A stretch of DNA of 53,765 bases from Chlamydiota bacterium (GCA_037133055.1 JBAXOY010000005.1:1-53765), one strand, 5' to 3'. Positions 22,041-32,314 are shown, counted from the stretch's first letter. Program-made: numbers and translations. The notes: a model not told the origin generated them from the sequence alone.

Positions 22041-24215
22041 ATGAACCGCGCGTTTCGAACCATCGCTCTTCTTCTCCTCGCGGCGGCGCTCTGCGGCTGC
22101 GGGGCCCGCGATGAGCGCCACTACGAGCTCGCGATGCGCTACAAGGAGAGCGGCGACTACGAGCGGGCGATCGCCGAGCTCCAGGCGGCGCTCAGGGTCA
22201 ACCCGCGCTTCGGCAAGGCGTACAACCAACTGGGCGTGCTCTACGGAAAGGTCGGTGTGTACGACAAGGCCGCCGACCAGTTCAGGCGCGCGATCGAGCT
22301 CGACCCCTCGTTCTCCACCGGCTACTACAACCTCGGGATCCTCTACCAGTCCCACCTCAACCGGCCCGCCGACGCGACGGCCGCCTACCGGCGCTACCTT
22401 GACCTCTCCCCCGCAGGCCCGCGGTCCGAGGCGGTGAAAAAGATCGTCGAGGGGCTCATGGAGCGCCCGGAGGTCCGCGTGGCGCTCGCCGAGTCGCCGG
22501 AGGAGCAGCAGCAGGCGGCCCGGGCATTCGAGGACAGGGGGGAGTATGCGCGGGCAGTCGAGGCGTACGAGAAGATCACGGCGAAGGGGGGGGCGGCCGG
22601 CGCGCGCGCACACCTCGATATCGCGCGGATCTCGGAGACCAGGCTCGACAGGTCCGCCGACGCTCTCAGGCACTACCAGGCGTACCTCGACGCAAACATC
22701 AACGCGCCCGACGCGGCCGACGTCATGGCCGCGGTCGGAAGGCTTCGCGAGAAGGCGGCGCTCACGGCGGCCCTGCCCGCGGGCTCGGACGGCGCGATCG
22801 CCCAGGCGGAGGCGCTCATCAAGAGCGGGCGGCGGGCCCGCGCCATCGAACTTCTCGCGAAGGCCCGCGACGGCTCGCCCGACAACGAGCAGGTGCACGA
22901 TCTCCTCGCGGAGGCGTACCTGCGCTCGGGGGACATGAAGGGCGCCGAGAAGGAGTACGAGTGGCTCAGGGCGCGCCAGGCCGACTTCGCCTACGGGAAG
23001 GAGCTCGCCGGCATCTACGGCGCCCTCGGCGAGGAGAACCTGAAGCGCGGCGAGTTCGCCCTCGCGGAGGAGAAGCTGCTCAAGGCCCTCGAGCTCGCCC
23101 CGAACGACGGCGCCCTGCACGGGAAACTCGCCCGGGCGCTCGCAGGGACCGGGAAGTTCCAGAAGGCGATGGACGAGGCGGGCGTGTCGAAGACGCTCGA
23201 TCCCAAGGGGGTGAGCGATGGGGCGCTCGCAGAGCTCTCCCTGAACAACGCCCGCTATCTTCTCGCGCAGGGGCAGCACGAACAGGCCGCCCGCGCGTTC
23301 GGGGAGGCGAAGCGGATGAAGCCCGACCTCGACCTGACCCGCGACATGGCCGACATGTGCGAGGGGCGCGCGGCCGCCGCCTTGAAGGATGGCAGGTTCC
23401 CGGCGGCGGAAAAGGACTGCCTGAAGGCGCTCCAGTTCGATCCGAAGCGGGTCGGGGCGCAGCGGAAGCTCGCGGAGGCGTACGAGGGGATGGGGAACTA
23501 CGACGCCGCGATCGGGGAGCTCGAGAAGGTCGCGGCGGCGGGCGGGGACGAAGGCGCCTCCGCCGTGAAGGAGATCGCCAGGATACACGAGACCTACAAG
23601 GGAGACGCCGCGAAGGCCGTCTCCTACTATAAGAAGTATCTCGACGCAAAGCCGAAGACCCCCGACGTCAAGGAGATCGAGAGGAAGGTGAAGACGGCGG
23701 ACCGGGAGAAGGAGCAGGTCGCAGAGTATCAGCGGGCGGTCGCGCGGAAGCCGTCGAGCGTTTCCGACCAGTACAAACTCGCCGTGCTCCTCCAGCGCCA
23801 GGGCAAGTTCCGGGAGGCGATTGACGCGTATCGCAGGTCGCTCGCGCTCGAACCGGGAAATGCGCAGGCCCGCTTCAATCTTGCCTACAGCTACGACCGC
23901 CTCAGGATGTACGAGGAGGCCATCGCCGAGTACCGCAGGGCGATCCAGGCGAAGCCCGACTACCTCAAGGCGTACAGCAACCTCGGGGCCATCTACAAGC
24001 AGAAGCGCTGGTACGGCAAGGCGATCGCGTCGTTCCGGAAGGCGCTCGAAATCGATCCGAACTACGCGCACGCGCACCTCGGCCTTGGCGCGATCTACGC
24101 CGAGGGCCTGTACGACCGGCAGAAGGCGATCTATCACTACACGCAGTATCTCCGCCTCGATCCTCAGGGCCCGTTCGCGCCCCAGGTCCGCGGGTGGCTG
24201 AGGGGGAAGACATGA
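22041..24215 (+). CDS. TPR-repeat lipoprotein
   Basis: Lipobox-like ALCGC; many TPR units (AYNQLG, ARFNLA, AYSNLG, AHLGLG). Confidence 0.9.
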   Translation: MNRAFRTIALLLLAAALCGCGARDERHYELAMRYKESGDYERAIAELQAALRVNPRFGKAYNQLGVLYGKVGVYDKAADQFRRAIELDPSFSTGYYNLGILYQSHLNRPADATAAYRRYLDLSPAGPRSEAVKKIVEGLMERPEVRVALAESPEEQQQAARAFEDRGEYARAVEAYEKITAKGGAAGARAHLDIARISETRLDRSADALRHYQAYLDANINAPDAADVMAAVGRLREKAALTAALPAGSDGAIAQAEALIKSGRRARAIELLAKARDGSPDNEQVHDLLAEAYLRSGDMKGAEKEYEWLRARQADFAYGKELAGIYGALGEENLKRGEFALAEEKLLKALELAPNDGALHGKLARALAGTGKFQKAMDEAGVSKTLDPKGVSDGALAELSLNNARYLLAQGQHEQAARAFGEAKRMKPDLDLTRDMADMCEGRAAAALKDGRFPAAEKDCLKALQFDPKRVGAQRKLAEAYEGMGNYDAAIGELEKVAAAGGDEGASAVKEIARIHETYKGDAAKAVSYYKKYLDAKPKTPDVKEIERKVKTADREKEQVAEYQRAVARKPSSVSDQYKLAVLLQRQGKFREAIDAYRRSLALEPGNAQARFNLAYSYDRLRMYEEAIAEYRRAIQAKPDYLKAYSNLGAIYKQKRWYGKAIASFRKALEIDPNYAHAHLGLGAIYAEGLYDRQKAIYHYTQYLRLDPQGPFAPQVRGWLRGKT

Positions 24216-26077
24216 GCCGCATCGAACGGGCGAAATTCTTCCGGGCCGCGGCGCTGGCGTTCGCGTGCGCGGCCCTCGCGGCGGGCTGCGGCGATCGCGG
24301 CGACGGGAAGGCGGGGGGGGCCAAGGGCGCTCTCTACCATTACCGGCTGGCGGCAGAGAAGTACCGCGAGGGTGATTTCGACGCGGCGATCGGCATCTAC
24401 GAAAAAACCCTCCAGATGAACCCGAAGCTGGCCGAGGCGCACCTCGACCTCGGGATCATCTACGACGACTACAAGGCCTCGAAGGACAAAGCGGTCGAGC
24501 ACTATCGGGCGTTCCTCGCCCTTGAGCCGCGCTCCGCGAAGGCCGAGATGGTGCGGCGGTGGATCATCAAGGCCGGAGATGAGAAGGGCGCGGCCGCTCC
24601 GCCCGGGGTGTCCGCGGAGCCGCCGCCCTTCCCCCGCGCGGAGGGGGATCGCGCCCGGGAGGACCTTGCGATACTGAGGGCAGAAAACGAGGCCTATCTG
24701 AAAACGGTCGAAGCGCTGCGGAACGAGCTGACGCAGGCGAGGCAGGAGATCGCCGCCCTCCAGGCGTCCGGCCCGAGGGGCGCGGGAAGCGGGCCGGCCG
24801 CGGCCGGCCCGCCGGACGTCGAAGGGAAGGGCCCCGCCGCGTTGTCCGCGTCCGGGTGGGAGGCAGAGAAGGCGCAGCTCTGGGAGCGCTACCGGGGCGA
24901 GAAGGGGAGGTTCGACAGGGCGCTGGAGACGCTGAAGGAGGAGGTCGCACACCTGCAGGCGCAGAAGGCGGCGAGCGACGACGCGTTGAAAAAGGCGCAC
25001 GTCAGACTCGCGGGCGCCGGGAAGGCGGCGGAGGGACGCGCCCCGGCTTCCGCGGAGGGGCTGTCGGCGCGGGAGATCGAGTCCGCTCAGGAGAGGATCA
25101 GGGAGATCGAGAAGAAGAGCTCCGCGAGCCTCAGGGACCGGGACGCCCTGGCCGCGAAGCTGAAAGACGCGGAGAGAAGGCTCAATGGATACCGCATGCA
25201 GGCGTCCTCCGACTCGCCGCTTCTCCTCTCGAAGGTGAAGGCGGACGCGGAGCGGGAGCGGGAGGACCTCAGGAAGTTTTACGAGAAAAAGTTTTCGGAC
25301 TCCGTCGCGGGTTTCGCGAGGGAGCGGGGAGAGCTGCAGCGGGAGCTCTCGGAGGCGCGGCGGGCCGCGGGAAGGGGGCCGTCCGTCCCGGCCTCCACGC
25401 CGGAGCCGTCGCAGGCCGCGGCGAGGATGAAGGCCGACGCGGAGCGCGAAAGGGCGGAGCTGAGGCAGTACTACGAGCGGAAGCTCGCCGAGGCCGCGGG
25501 CACCGCCGGCCGCGAGAAGACCGAGATGCAGAAGGAGCTCTCCGAATCGCAGAGGGAGGCGGCCTATCTGAAGGCGCAGACCGAGAAGGCGCGCGCGATC
25601 GCCGGCAAGTCCGAGCAGTATACGGCCGGGGCGATGGAGCGCCTGCGGGAGCAGTTTCGGCGGGAGAAGACAGAGATGGAGGGGCAATTCAGGAGGGACA
25701 GGGAGCAGCTCCTCGCGAGGGTCAACGCGCAGCGCGCGAAGGCACCCGCCGCTGTGCCGGTCCCCGCCCCGACCCCGGTTGCCGCGCGGTCGTCCCCGTC
25801 TGTGTCCTCCGGGCAGGGGGCGACCTTGGCGAACCGGCGGGCAGGCCAACCCGCCGCGTCGCGGTGGGTGGAGCCCGGCGCCCGGAAACCCGCCGCCCCA
25901 CCGGCGGCGACTCGGCGCCACAGAACGGCAAAGGGCGATACGCTCCGCTCGCTTGCACAGCGGTTCTACGGGTCGCCCGGCAGATGGAAGAGCATCTACG
26001 ACGCGAACCGCGATACGCTCCAGGGCCAGAGTGCGTCGTCCGCGCTCCGGCCCGGCTGGATACTGGTTATCCCCTGA
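24212..26077 (+). CDS. Lipoprotein with N-terminal TPRs, a long coiled coil and a C-terminal LysM domain
   Basis: LAAGC lipobox; TPRs; KGDTLRSLAQRFYG...IYDAN...LRPGWILVIP LysM. Confidence 0.88.
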   Translation: MSRIERAKFFRAAALAFACAALAAGCGDRGDGKAGGAKGALYHYRLAAEKYREGDFDAAIGIYEKTLQMNPKLAEAHLDLGIIYDDYKASKDKAVEHYRAFLALEPRSAKAEMVRRWIIKAGDEKGAAAPPGVSAEPPPFPRAEGDRAREDLAILRAENEAYLKTVEALRNELTQARQEIAALQASGPRGAGSGPAAAGPPDVEGKGPAALSASGWEAEKAQLWERYRGEKGRFDRALETLKEEVAHLQAQKAASDDALKKAHVRLAGAGKAAEGRAPASAEGLSAREIESAQERIREIEKKSSASLRDRDALAAKLKDAERRLNGYRMQASSDSPLLLSKVKADAEREREDLRKFYEKKFSDSVAGFARERGELQRELSEARRAAGRGPSVPASTPEPSQAAARMKADAERERAELRQYYERKLAEAAGTAGREKTEMQKELSESQREAAYLKAQTEKARAIAGKSEQYTAGAMERLREQFRREKTEMEGQFRRDREQLLARVNAQRAKAPAAVPVPAPTPVAARSSPSVSSGQGATLANRRAGQPAASRWVEPGARKPAAPPAATRRHRTAKGDTLRSLAQRFYGSPGRWKSIYDANRDTLQGQSASSALRPGWILVIP

Positions 26078-26117
26078 CGGGGTGTGGGTTCATGGTTCAG
26101 GAAGCTCCGTCCGATCA

Positions 26118-26828
26118 ATGCACCGCGTGTCACTTGCCGGGTCATTTCTCTTCTGGGCCGTCATGATGTGCCTCCTCTTCCAGAGGCACCAGGCCGCCTC
26201 GCTCTCTGCGGGGCCCGCACCGCTCCTCGCGCTCGCCCGCCGGGCGCCTGTCGCGCCCGCCTGGTACGGGCTCTATCACGGCCCCCGCAAACTGGGATAC
26301 GCGACGGTGGCCGCGGACGCCGACGTGGTCGGCGACGCGGTCACCTACCGCCTCACCCTTCACGCGGGGCTGGCCCTGCCGGAGGCGGTCACCGTCCGGG
26401 GGGAGGCGATCGTGCGCGACCCCGGGGGACTGTCGGAGCTCATCCTCGAGGCGCGCTCCGGCGCCGGTGTCTTCCTGGTACGGGGGACGGTCAGGGATGG
26501 GGAGCTGCTCCTCGACGGGGGAGAGGGGGCCCGCCGCGCGCTCCCAAGCGGCGCATGCCTGCCGGCAGGCGGGGTCAGGCCCGCCGGCAGAATTCGCATA
26601 CCGCTTGCGGGCATCGGAGAGACTGGGGCAACGGTGCGGGATATGGGGGAGACGGTGGTGAACGTGACGGGGGCGCTCACCACCGCGAGGCGGTATCTCC
26701 TCGCCACCCCGGCGGGCGAGGGGGGCGTCTGGGTCGATGCGCGCGGCGAGGTGCTGCGCGCCGAGTTCCCCGGAGGCTTCAGCGCCGCGCGGGAGCCCCG
26801 GGCTCTCGCGGAGAGGGCCGGGGACTAG
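26118..26828 (+). CDS. Hypothetical membrane-anchored beta-rich protein
   Basis: N-terminal TM segment; WYGLYHGPRKLGY; directly upstream of the ABC ATPase. Confidence 0.7.
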   Translation: MHRVSLAGSFLFWAVMMCLLFQRHQAASLSAGPAPLLALARRAPVAPAWYGLYHGPRKLGYATVAADADVVGDAVTYRLTLHAGLALPEAVTVRGEAIVRDPGGLSELILEARSGAGVFLVRGTVRDGELLLDGGEGARRALPSGACLPAGGVRPAGRIRIPLAGIGETGATVRDMGETVVNVTGALTTARRYLLATPAGEGGVWVDARGEVLRAEFPGGFSAAREPRALAERAGD

Positions 26829-26830
26829 CG

Positions 26831-27562
26831 ATGCTCGATCTCACGGGGCTCACGAAGAGGTTCGGGGACACGACGGCGGTCGACCGCCTCGACCTCTCGA
26901 TCGGCCCCGGCGAGTTCTTCGCGCTCCTCGGTCCGAACGCGGCGGGCAAGACCACGACGGTAAAGATGATCGCCGGGCTGCTCCGGCCGACCTCCGGGCG
27001 CATACGGATCGCCGGGTTCGACCTCGCCGCCGAGGGGACGCGGGCCAGGGCATGCCTCGGCTATGTCCCCGATGTCCCCTTTCTCTATGACAAACTGACG
27101 GTCGTCGAAACGCTCGATTTCGTGGCCAGCGTCTACGGGATGGCGGGCGGGGCGGGCGAGCGGGCCCGGGAGGAGGTGCTCGCGCGGTTCGACCTCGGGC
27201 GCGCGCGGGGGGACCTGGCGGAGGGGCTCTCGCACGGGATGCGCCAGCGGCTGGTCTTCGCCATGGCGATGCTGCACACGCCGAGGCTCATGGTCGTCGA
27301 CGAGCCGTTCGTCGGCCTTGATCCGAAGAGCGCCTGCGCCGTGAAGGACGCCCTTAAAGAGCGGGCTCGGTCGGGGGGTGCGGTGCTCATGTCCACTCAC
27401 ACCCTCCCGGCGGCCGAGGAATTGGCGGACAGGATCGGCATCCTGCACCGGGGAAGGATGGTCGCAGCGGGGACCATGGAAGAGCTGAGGAACGCGGCGG
27501 GCGGCGAGGGGAGCCTCGAAGAGATTTTCCTCCGGCTCACCGCGGAGGGGGCGGGCCCGTGA
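26831..27562 (+). CDS. ABC transporter ATP-binding protein (exporter type)
   Basis: GPNAAGKTT, LSHGMRQR, VVDEP, STH motifs. Confidence 0.95.
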   Translation: MLDLTGLTKRFGDTTAVDRLDLSIGPGEFFALLGPNAAGKTTTVKMIAGLLRPTSGRIRIAGFDLAAEGTRARACLGYVPDVPFLYDKLTVVETLDFVASVYGMAGGAGERAREEVLARFDLGRARGDLAEGLSHGMRQRLVFAMAMLHTPRLMVVDEPFVGLDPKSACAVKDALKERARSGGAVLMSTHTLPAAEELADRIGILHRGRMVAAGTMEELRNAAGGEGSLEEIFLRLTAEGAGP

Positions 27563-29235
27563 ACCAAACCATGGCCCTCCTCAGGGTGAAGGGAAGGATC
27601 CTCGCCAACCTGGTGCGCTCCGTCCGGCGCGAGCCCCCGCTCAAAATCGCCGTCGTGGGCCTTTTCGTGGCGCTCTGGGCCTGCGGCTCCTACGCGCTCA
27701 CCCGGGAAGGGCTCGCCTTCGTCGCGGGATTCCCGGGCATCGGGGAATACCTGATGGGGAGGCTGCTCTACCTGTTCGCCCTAGGGATCTTCACGATGCT
27801 CATCGTGAGCTCCGCCCTCCTGGCCTATCCGCTGCTCTACGTCGGCAGGGAGAACGGTCTGCTCCTGTCGATGCCCCTCGCCCGGGCGGCGATCACCGCG
27901 TGCAGGGTCTGGGAGACGGTCTTTCTCGGCTCGTGGGCGTTCCTCCTGATGGGGGTCCCGCTCCTGCTCGCGTATTTCCGCGTGAGCGGGATGGGGTTTC
28001 GGGGATACCTGCTGTCGTGGCTTTTCTTCCTTCCCCTCGTCATCCTCTCCGGGGCGGCCGGCCTCCTCGCCGCGCTTCTGCTGGGGTGGTTCATGCCGCG
28101 CGGAGGCACGCACGCGGCGCGGCGCGCGGCGGCCGCCCTCTTTGCCGCGGCCGCGATCGCCCTTGTCGTGAGCCGGGGCGCGCCCCCGGCCGGTGGGGAC
28201 CGGTCGCTCGAATTCCTGAACCAGGTCGTGGCGAAGTGCCGCGCCGCGTCATGGTTCCCGCTCCCGAGCAGCTGGGCCGCCGAGGGGATAATCGCGGCAG
28301 CCCGCGGTGCGCGCCGGGATGCGTGGTTCCTCTGGACGGCGCTCGCGAGCACAGTGCTGTTTTTCCTCGCCCTGTGCCCGGCCGCGGGAGAGCGGCTGCT
28401 GGCCGCCGGGCGGGACCTGCGGATGAGCAGGCCCGCGCACGCCACCCGGCAGCGTGACGTGCCGTCACGGGGGGCGTCACGGTCGTGGACGGCGCGCCGT
28501 TCGGCGTGGGGAGCCCTCGCGGCCAAGGACGCGCTCACCTTCTGCCGGGACTTCAGCCAGTGGGGCCAGTTCGCGCTTTTCTTCGGTCTCCTGGGCCTGT
28601 ACCTCCTCACCCTGCGCGCCATGCCCTATGACCTGGGGAGCGAGTTCTGGCAGTACCTGCTCTTTATCCTGAATCTCTCCGCGCTCGGGTTTATGCTCGC
28701 CGGGCTGAGCAGCCGTTTTTTCTTCCCCCTGATGAGCCTCGATCTCGCGCGCTTCTGGTTTCTGGGTGTCTCGCCGCTCGGGCCGGGCAGGGTCCTGCGT
28801 GAGAAGTACCTGCTCTGCGCGGCTTTCACCTCCGGGATCACCGTGTTCCTCGCGTTGCTCTCGGGCCTCATGCTCGGTGTCCCGCGCCTTCTCCTCGCGA
28901 GTTCGTTCGTGGCGGTCGGCTGCATGGGGATCGCGATCTCCGGCCTCTCGGGGGGGCTCGGCGCGCTGTACCCGAATCTGAAGGCGTCGTCGCCCGCCGA
29001 GGTGATCTCCGGTCTCGGCGGAACGATAGTGCTCATCGCCACCCTTGGCTACATCCTGTGCGCTCTCTCTCTCCAGGGGCTGCCGCTCTACCTGCGGCTC
29101 AAGGGCGCGCTGCCGGGGATATCGTTTCCCGTGTGCCTCTGGGGGTGCATCGGCGTCCTCGCCGCCGTCAGCGCGGCCGTCGCGGCCCTCACGCTCCGCG
29201 CGGCGAAGAGGAGCCTGGAGCGGGCGGATCTGTGA
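27559..29235 (+). CDS. Putative ABC exporter permease
   Basis: Many TM segments; LLLSMPL and FPLPSSWA motifs; GTGA overlap with the ATPase gene. Confidence 0.85.
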   Translation: MNQTMALLRVKGRILANLVRSVRREPPLKIAVVGLFVALWACGSYALTREGLAFVAGFPGIGEYLMGRLLYLFALGIFTMLIVSSALLAYPLLYVGRENGLLLSMPLARAAITACRVWETVFLGSWAFLLMGVPLLLAYFRVSGMGFRGYLLSWLFFLPLVILSGAAGLLAALLLGWFMPRGGTHAARRAAAALFAAAAIALVVSRGAPPAGGDRSLEFLNQVVAKCRAASWFPLPSSWAAEGIIAAARGARRDAWFLWTALASTVLFFLALCPAAGERLLAAGRDLRMSRPAHATRQRDVPSRGASRSWTARRSAWGALAAKDALTFCRDFSQWGQFALFFGLLGLYLLTLRAMPYDLGSEFWQYLLFILNLSALGFMLAGLSSRFFFPLMSLDLARFWFLGVSPLGPGRVLREKYLLCAAFTSGITVFLALLSGLMLGVPRLLLASSFVAVGCMGIAISGLSGGLGALYPNLKASSPAEVISGLGGTIVLIATLGYILCALSLQGLPLYLRLKGALPGISFPVCLWGCIGVLAAVSAAVAALTLRAAKRSLERADL

Positions 29236-29240
29236 GCGTG

Positions 29241-29272
29241 GATCTGAGATTTGAGATCTGAGATTTGAGATT
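29241..29272. repeat. Heptamer array (GATYTGA)x4.5 abutting the ispH start codon
   Basis: gatctga gatttga gatctga gatttga gatt ATG. Confidence 0.9.
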
Positions 29273-30184
29273 ATGAAGGGGACGAATCCGATCAGGATCG
29301 CGCAAAGCGCGGGTTTCTGTATGGGGGTCAAGCGGGCCCTCGACCTCGTGCGGCGCCTCGCCCGCGACTGCCGGGGGCCGATCTACACCGACGGCCCCCT
29401 CATACACAATCCGGAGATCGTCGCCCTGCTCGAGCGAGAGGGGATCAGCGCGCTGAGGAACGGCGCGCCGCCGGAGCGCGGCCTCATCGTTATCCGGGCC
29501 CACGGCGTATCCCCGGAGCGCCGCGAGACGCTGAAGCGGATCGGCCTGCCCCTCCACGACGCGACGTGCCCGGATGTCGCCAAGGCCCAGGCGATCGTGC
29601 GGAGGCATGCGCGGAAGGGGTACGACATCGCGATCATCGGCGACAGGGGACACGCGGAGGTCGAAGGGCTGCTCGGCTTCAGCGAGGGGCGGGGCCATGT
29701 CATCGGCTCGCGCGGGGACATCGGGGAGCTGCCTCCCGGCGTCCGCGTGTGCATCGTGGCCCAGACGACGCAGGAGACGCGGCTTTTCAGGGAACTTTCC
29801 GGGCTCATCCGTGAACGCGCCGCCGAGTGCACGGTATGCGACACGATATGCCGATCGACCAAGGAGCGGCAGAGGGAGACACTCGAAATCGCGCGGAGCG
29901 TCGACGCGGTGATAGTCGTCGGGGGGAGAAACAGCGCCAACACGGCGCGCCTCGCCGCGATTGTCGAGGGAGAAGGCGTGACCGTGATCCATGCCGAGTC
30001 GGAAAAGGACCTGCGCGAGGAAAGGTTCGAGGGGCTGGGTCGGATCGGGATTGTCGCGGGCGCGAGCACGCCCCCGTGGTCGATCCAGCGCGTGGCGGAG
30101 TGGCTGCGCGCGCGCCGGACCGGTCCGACGGGTCGGCCATCCGACATGTCCGGCGGCTCCGACCCGCGGAAAATAGTGTGTTGA
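29273..30184 (+). CDS. ispH: 4-hydroxy-3-methylbut-2-enyl diphosphate reductase
   Basis: AGFCMGV, IHN, RAHG, DATCP, AQTT, DTICRSTKERQ, SANT, AGASTP motifs. Confidence 0.96.
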   Translation: MKGTNPIRIAQSAGFCMGVKRALDLVRRLARDCRGPIYTDGPLIHNPEIVALLEREGISALRNGAPPERGLIVIRAHGVSPERRETLKRIGLPLHDATCPDVAKAQAIVRRHARKGYDIAIIGDRGHAEVEGLLGFSEGRGHVIGSRGDIGELPPGVRVCIVAQTTQETRLFRELSGLIRERAAECTVCDTICRSTKERQRETLEIARSVDAVIVVGGRNSANTARLAAIVEGEGVTVIHAESEKDLREERFEGLGRIGIVAGASTPPWSIQRVAEWLRARRTGPTGRPSDMSGGSDPRKIVC

Positions 30185-30197
30185 CGCATACAGGAGA

Positions 30198-30206
30198 TGC
30201 TATACT
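30198..30206 (+). promoter_or_regulatory. Putative extended -10 promoter
   Basis: TGcTATACT; TTGACG lies upstream at 30181 but with only a 14-nt spacer. Confidence 0.4.
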
Positions 30207-30243
30207 TTTCCAAGGTTCGTGTGTCTGCGATCATGGGGGTGAA

Positions 30244-30741
30244 ATGATGAGACGAATTGCCGCGATGATGGTGGGGCTGCTGCTCGTCTGCGTGCTGGCT
30301 TCGTGCGGGACCAGGAGGGGATACCGGGACGACGATCCCTACGTGTACAAGCGGGGGAACTGGAACTTCTCCAAGGGCGGTCTCTTCGACGACATTCCGC
30401 AATTCACGCAGCAGACGCTTCAGAGCATGTTTGATTATGGCCCGCAGCCGGTAGACCCGCCGTCGGAGTACGAGACCATCACCGCCGCCGGCGACTCCAC
30501 TTCTTCCGGCGCTGACACCCTTGCCGCGTCCGATGCAGCCGGCGCCGGCGCCTCCGGTGCCGCGCGCGCCGAAATAGCCTCCGATGCCGCCGAGGCCGCC
30601 GATGCCGCGGTCTCCGCGGGCAGCGGCGCCATAGAAGCCGGCGCCCCGAAGTCCGTGGGCGGCCGCATCGCCGCCGAGGCCGCGGGCGAAGCCGCGAATG
30701 CCGCCGCCAAGGCCGCGCAGCCGGAGATGACCTGGAAATAG
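30244..30741 (+). CDS. Hypothetical lipoprotein with an Ala-rich C-terminal half
   Basis: MMRR...VLASC lipobox; GGGGGTG RBS. Confidence 0.8.
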   Translation: MMRRIAAMMVGLLLVCVLASCGTRRGYRDDDPYVYKRGNWNFSKGGLFDDIPQFTQQTLQSMFDYGPQPVDPPSEYETITAAGDSTSSGADTLAASDAAGAGASGAARAEIASDAAEAADAAVSAGSGAIEAGAPKSVGGRIAAEAAGEAANAAAKAAQPEMTWK

Positions 30742-30766
30742 CCGGAAGCGATGCGCGGGGACTGCG

Positions 30767-30937
30767 ATGAATTTTGCGGTAGCGGCGTCCGTTTCCGCGG
30801 TGGTGTGGGCCGCGTTGAGAACGGGCGTGGGGTACTCCGCGGGTGTGGCGTTCCTCTACTGTTGCGGCTTTTTCGTCGCGAGCGCCCTGTTCCTCGGCGT
30901 TTTTTTGGATCCGGGAAGCGCGGAGAGCGCGAGATGA
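30767..30937 (+). CDS. Small hydrophobic membrane protein (56 aa), not in the ORF track
   Basis: MNFAVAASVSAVVWAALRTGVGYSAGVAFLYCCGFFVASALFLGVFLDPGSAESAR; ATGA overlap with the next gene. Confidence 0.6.
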   Translation: MNFAVAASVSAVVWAALRTGVGYSAGVAFLYCCGFFVASALFLGVFLDPGSAESAR

Positions 30938-32277
30938 GTGACAGGAAATCGTCCTCGCAGGGGGAGAAGGACCGCCTTTTGATGTTGCGGTGCGCGGGGC
31001 GACGCCCCGCATCTTCCTGCACGCGCCTCATGCGGATGCGTGTCGCCGAGGGGGATTTCAAGGGCGCGCTCAAGGCCTACCGCCTTTTCTGCAAAAAGAA
31101 CAACGCCTCCCGGGGGCCCGGCCGCGTCCTCGCCTGCGCCTGCGCGGAGGCCGGCAACGTGCGGGCGGCGGTCGCGGTTTACCGCGACCTGATCCGGCGG
31201 TTTCCCTCCGACTACCCCTTCTACAAGGATCTGGAGAAGATCTACCTGCGCTCCGACCAGCCCCGCCGCGCCCTCGCCCTCTACCAGGGCATAGGCCCGG
31301 GGAATCCTTTGAAGAGGAAGAGCCTGAAACGCCTCACCGGGATCTATTGGCGCCTCGGCGATATCGGACGGGCGGTCTCATGCCTGAAGCGGGAGATAAG
31401 GGAGTTCGGATTTACGCCGCGCCTCGGGAGGGAGCTCGGCAAGTTCTACCTGCTGAAGAAGCGCTATGTCGGCGCGATCGAGCAGTTCCAGAGCGCGCTC
31501 GCCCAGGACAAGGACGACCGGGAGACGAGGACCTGGCTCGGCATCGCCCTGATGGAAAACGGCAACTTCGAGCTCGCGGAGTACGAGTTCTCGGAACTGC
31601 TCCGCGAAAAACCGGGGAATTTTCAGGCCCTCGTCCACATGGCGGAATTGCGCATCAGGGAGAACAGGCTGGCGGAAGCGCGCCTCGCCCTCGAAGAGAT
31701 GGATCAGCGCTGGCCCCGCAATTCCCGCGTCACGCTCTGCCGCGCGGAGATCGAATTCCTCGAGGGACACCCGGACGAGGCCGCGCGCCTCGGAGAGCAG
31801 GCGCTCGCCACGGCCCCGTTTTACTACACCTGGGAGCAGGTTCGCTGCCACCGCATACTCACGCACGCCTACCGGGCGCTCCGGGAGACGGCGAGGGCGA
31901 GGCTCCACCGTGAAATGCAGGAGGCGCTCCGGCAGTCGCGCGACGTCTTCGGCGGCCTGATCCGGATTGCCGAGCTGAAGATCAGCACCGGCGCGCTGGG
32001 AGAGGGGAAGGAGATTCTGGTGCGCATCCTGGACCTGTACCCGGGAAATTCGAGGGCCCGGGTCGCGCTCGCCGAGGTGTACCTCCGCGAGTCGGATTGC
32101 CGAAAGGCCGTCGATACCGCCGAGGGGGTGCTGAGGGACGGCGCCCGCCGCTACACCATGGACATGCTCCGCGCCCACGCCGTGCTCGCCCGGTCCTACG
32201 CGCGGCTCGGCAAGAAGGTGCAGGCGGCGTTCCATCGCCGCCAGCGCGCGCTGGTCCGGGCGCACATGGGCGCATAA
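30934..32277 (+). CDS. TPR-repeat protein (basic, no signal peptide)
   Basis: Repeated TPR-like helical units; start placed at the ATGA overlap. Confidence 0.8.
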   Translation: MSDRKSSSQGEKDRLLMLRCAGRRPASSCTRLMRMRVAEGDFKGALKAYRLFCKKNNASRGPGRVLACACAEAGNVRAAVAVYRDLIRRFPSDYPFYKDLEKIYLRSDQPRRALALYQGIGPGNPLKRKSLKRLTGIYWRLGDIGRAVSCLKREIREFGFTPRLGRELGKFYLLKKRYVGAIEQFQSALAQDKDDRETRTWLGIALMENGNFELAEYEFSELLREKPGNFQALVHMAELRIRENRLAEARLALEEMDQRWPRNSRVTLCRAEIEFLEGHPDEAARLGEQALATAPFYYTWEQVRCHRILTHAYRALRETARARLHREMQEALRQSRDVFGGLIRIAELKISTGALGEGKEILVRILDLYPGNSRARVALAEVYLRESDCRKAVDTAEGVLRDGARRYTMDMLRAHAVLARSYARLGKKVQAAFHRRQRALVRAHMGA

Positions 32278-32314
32278 CGGGTTTGTTTCAGGGGGGCGAT
32301 GGAGGGGTTCATTG

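Noticed and set aside
30751..30933. N-terminal extension of the TPR ORF in the track
   Set aside because: Arg/Gly-rich off-frame pattern; better explained by the small membrane ORF at 30767-30937
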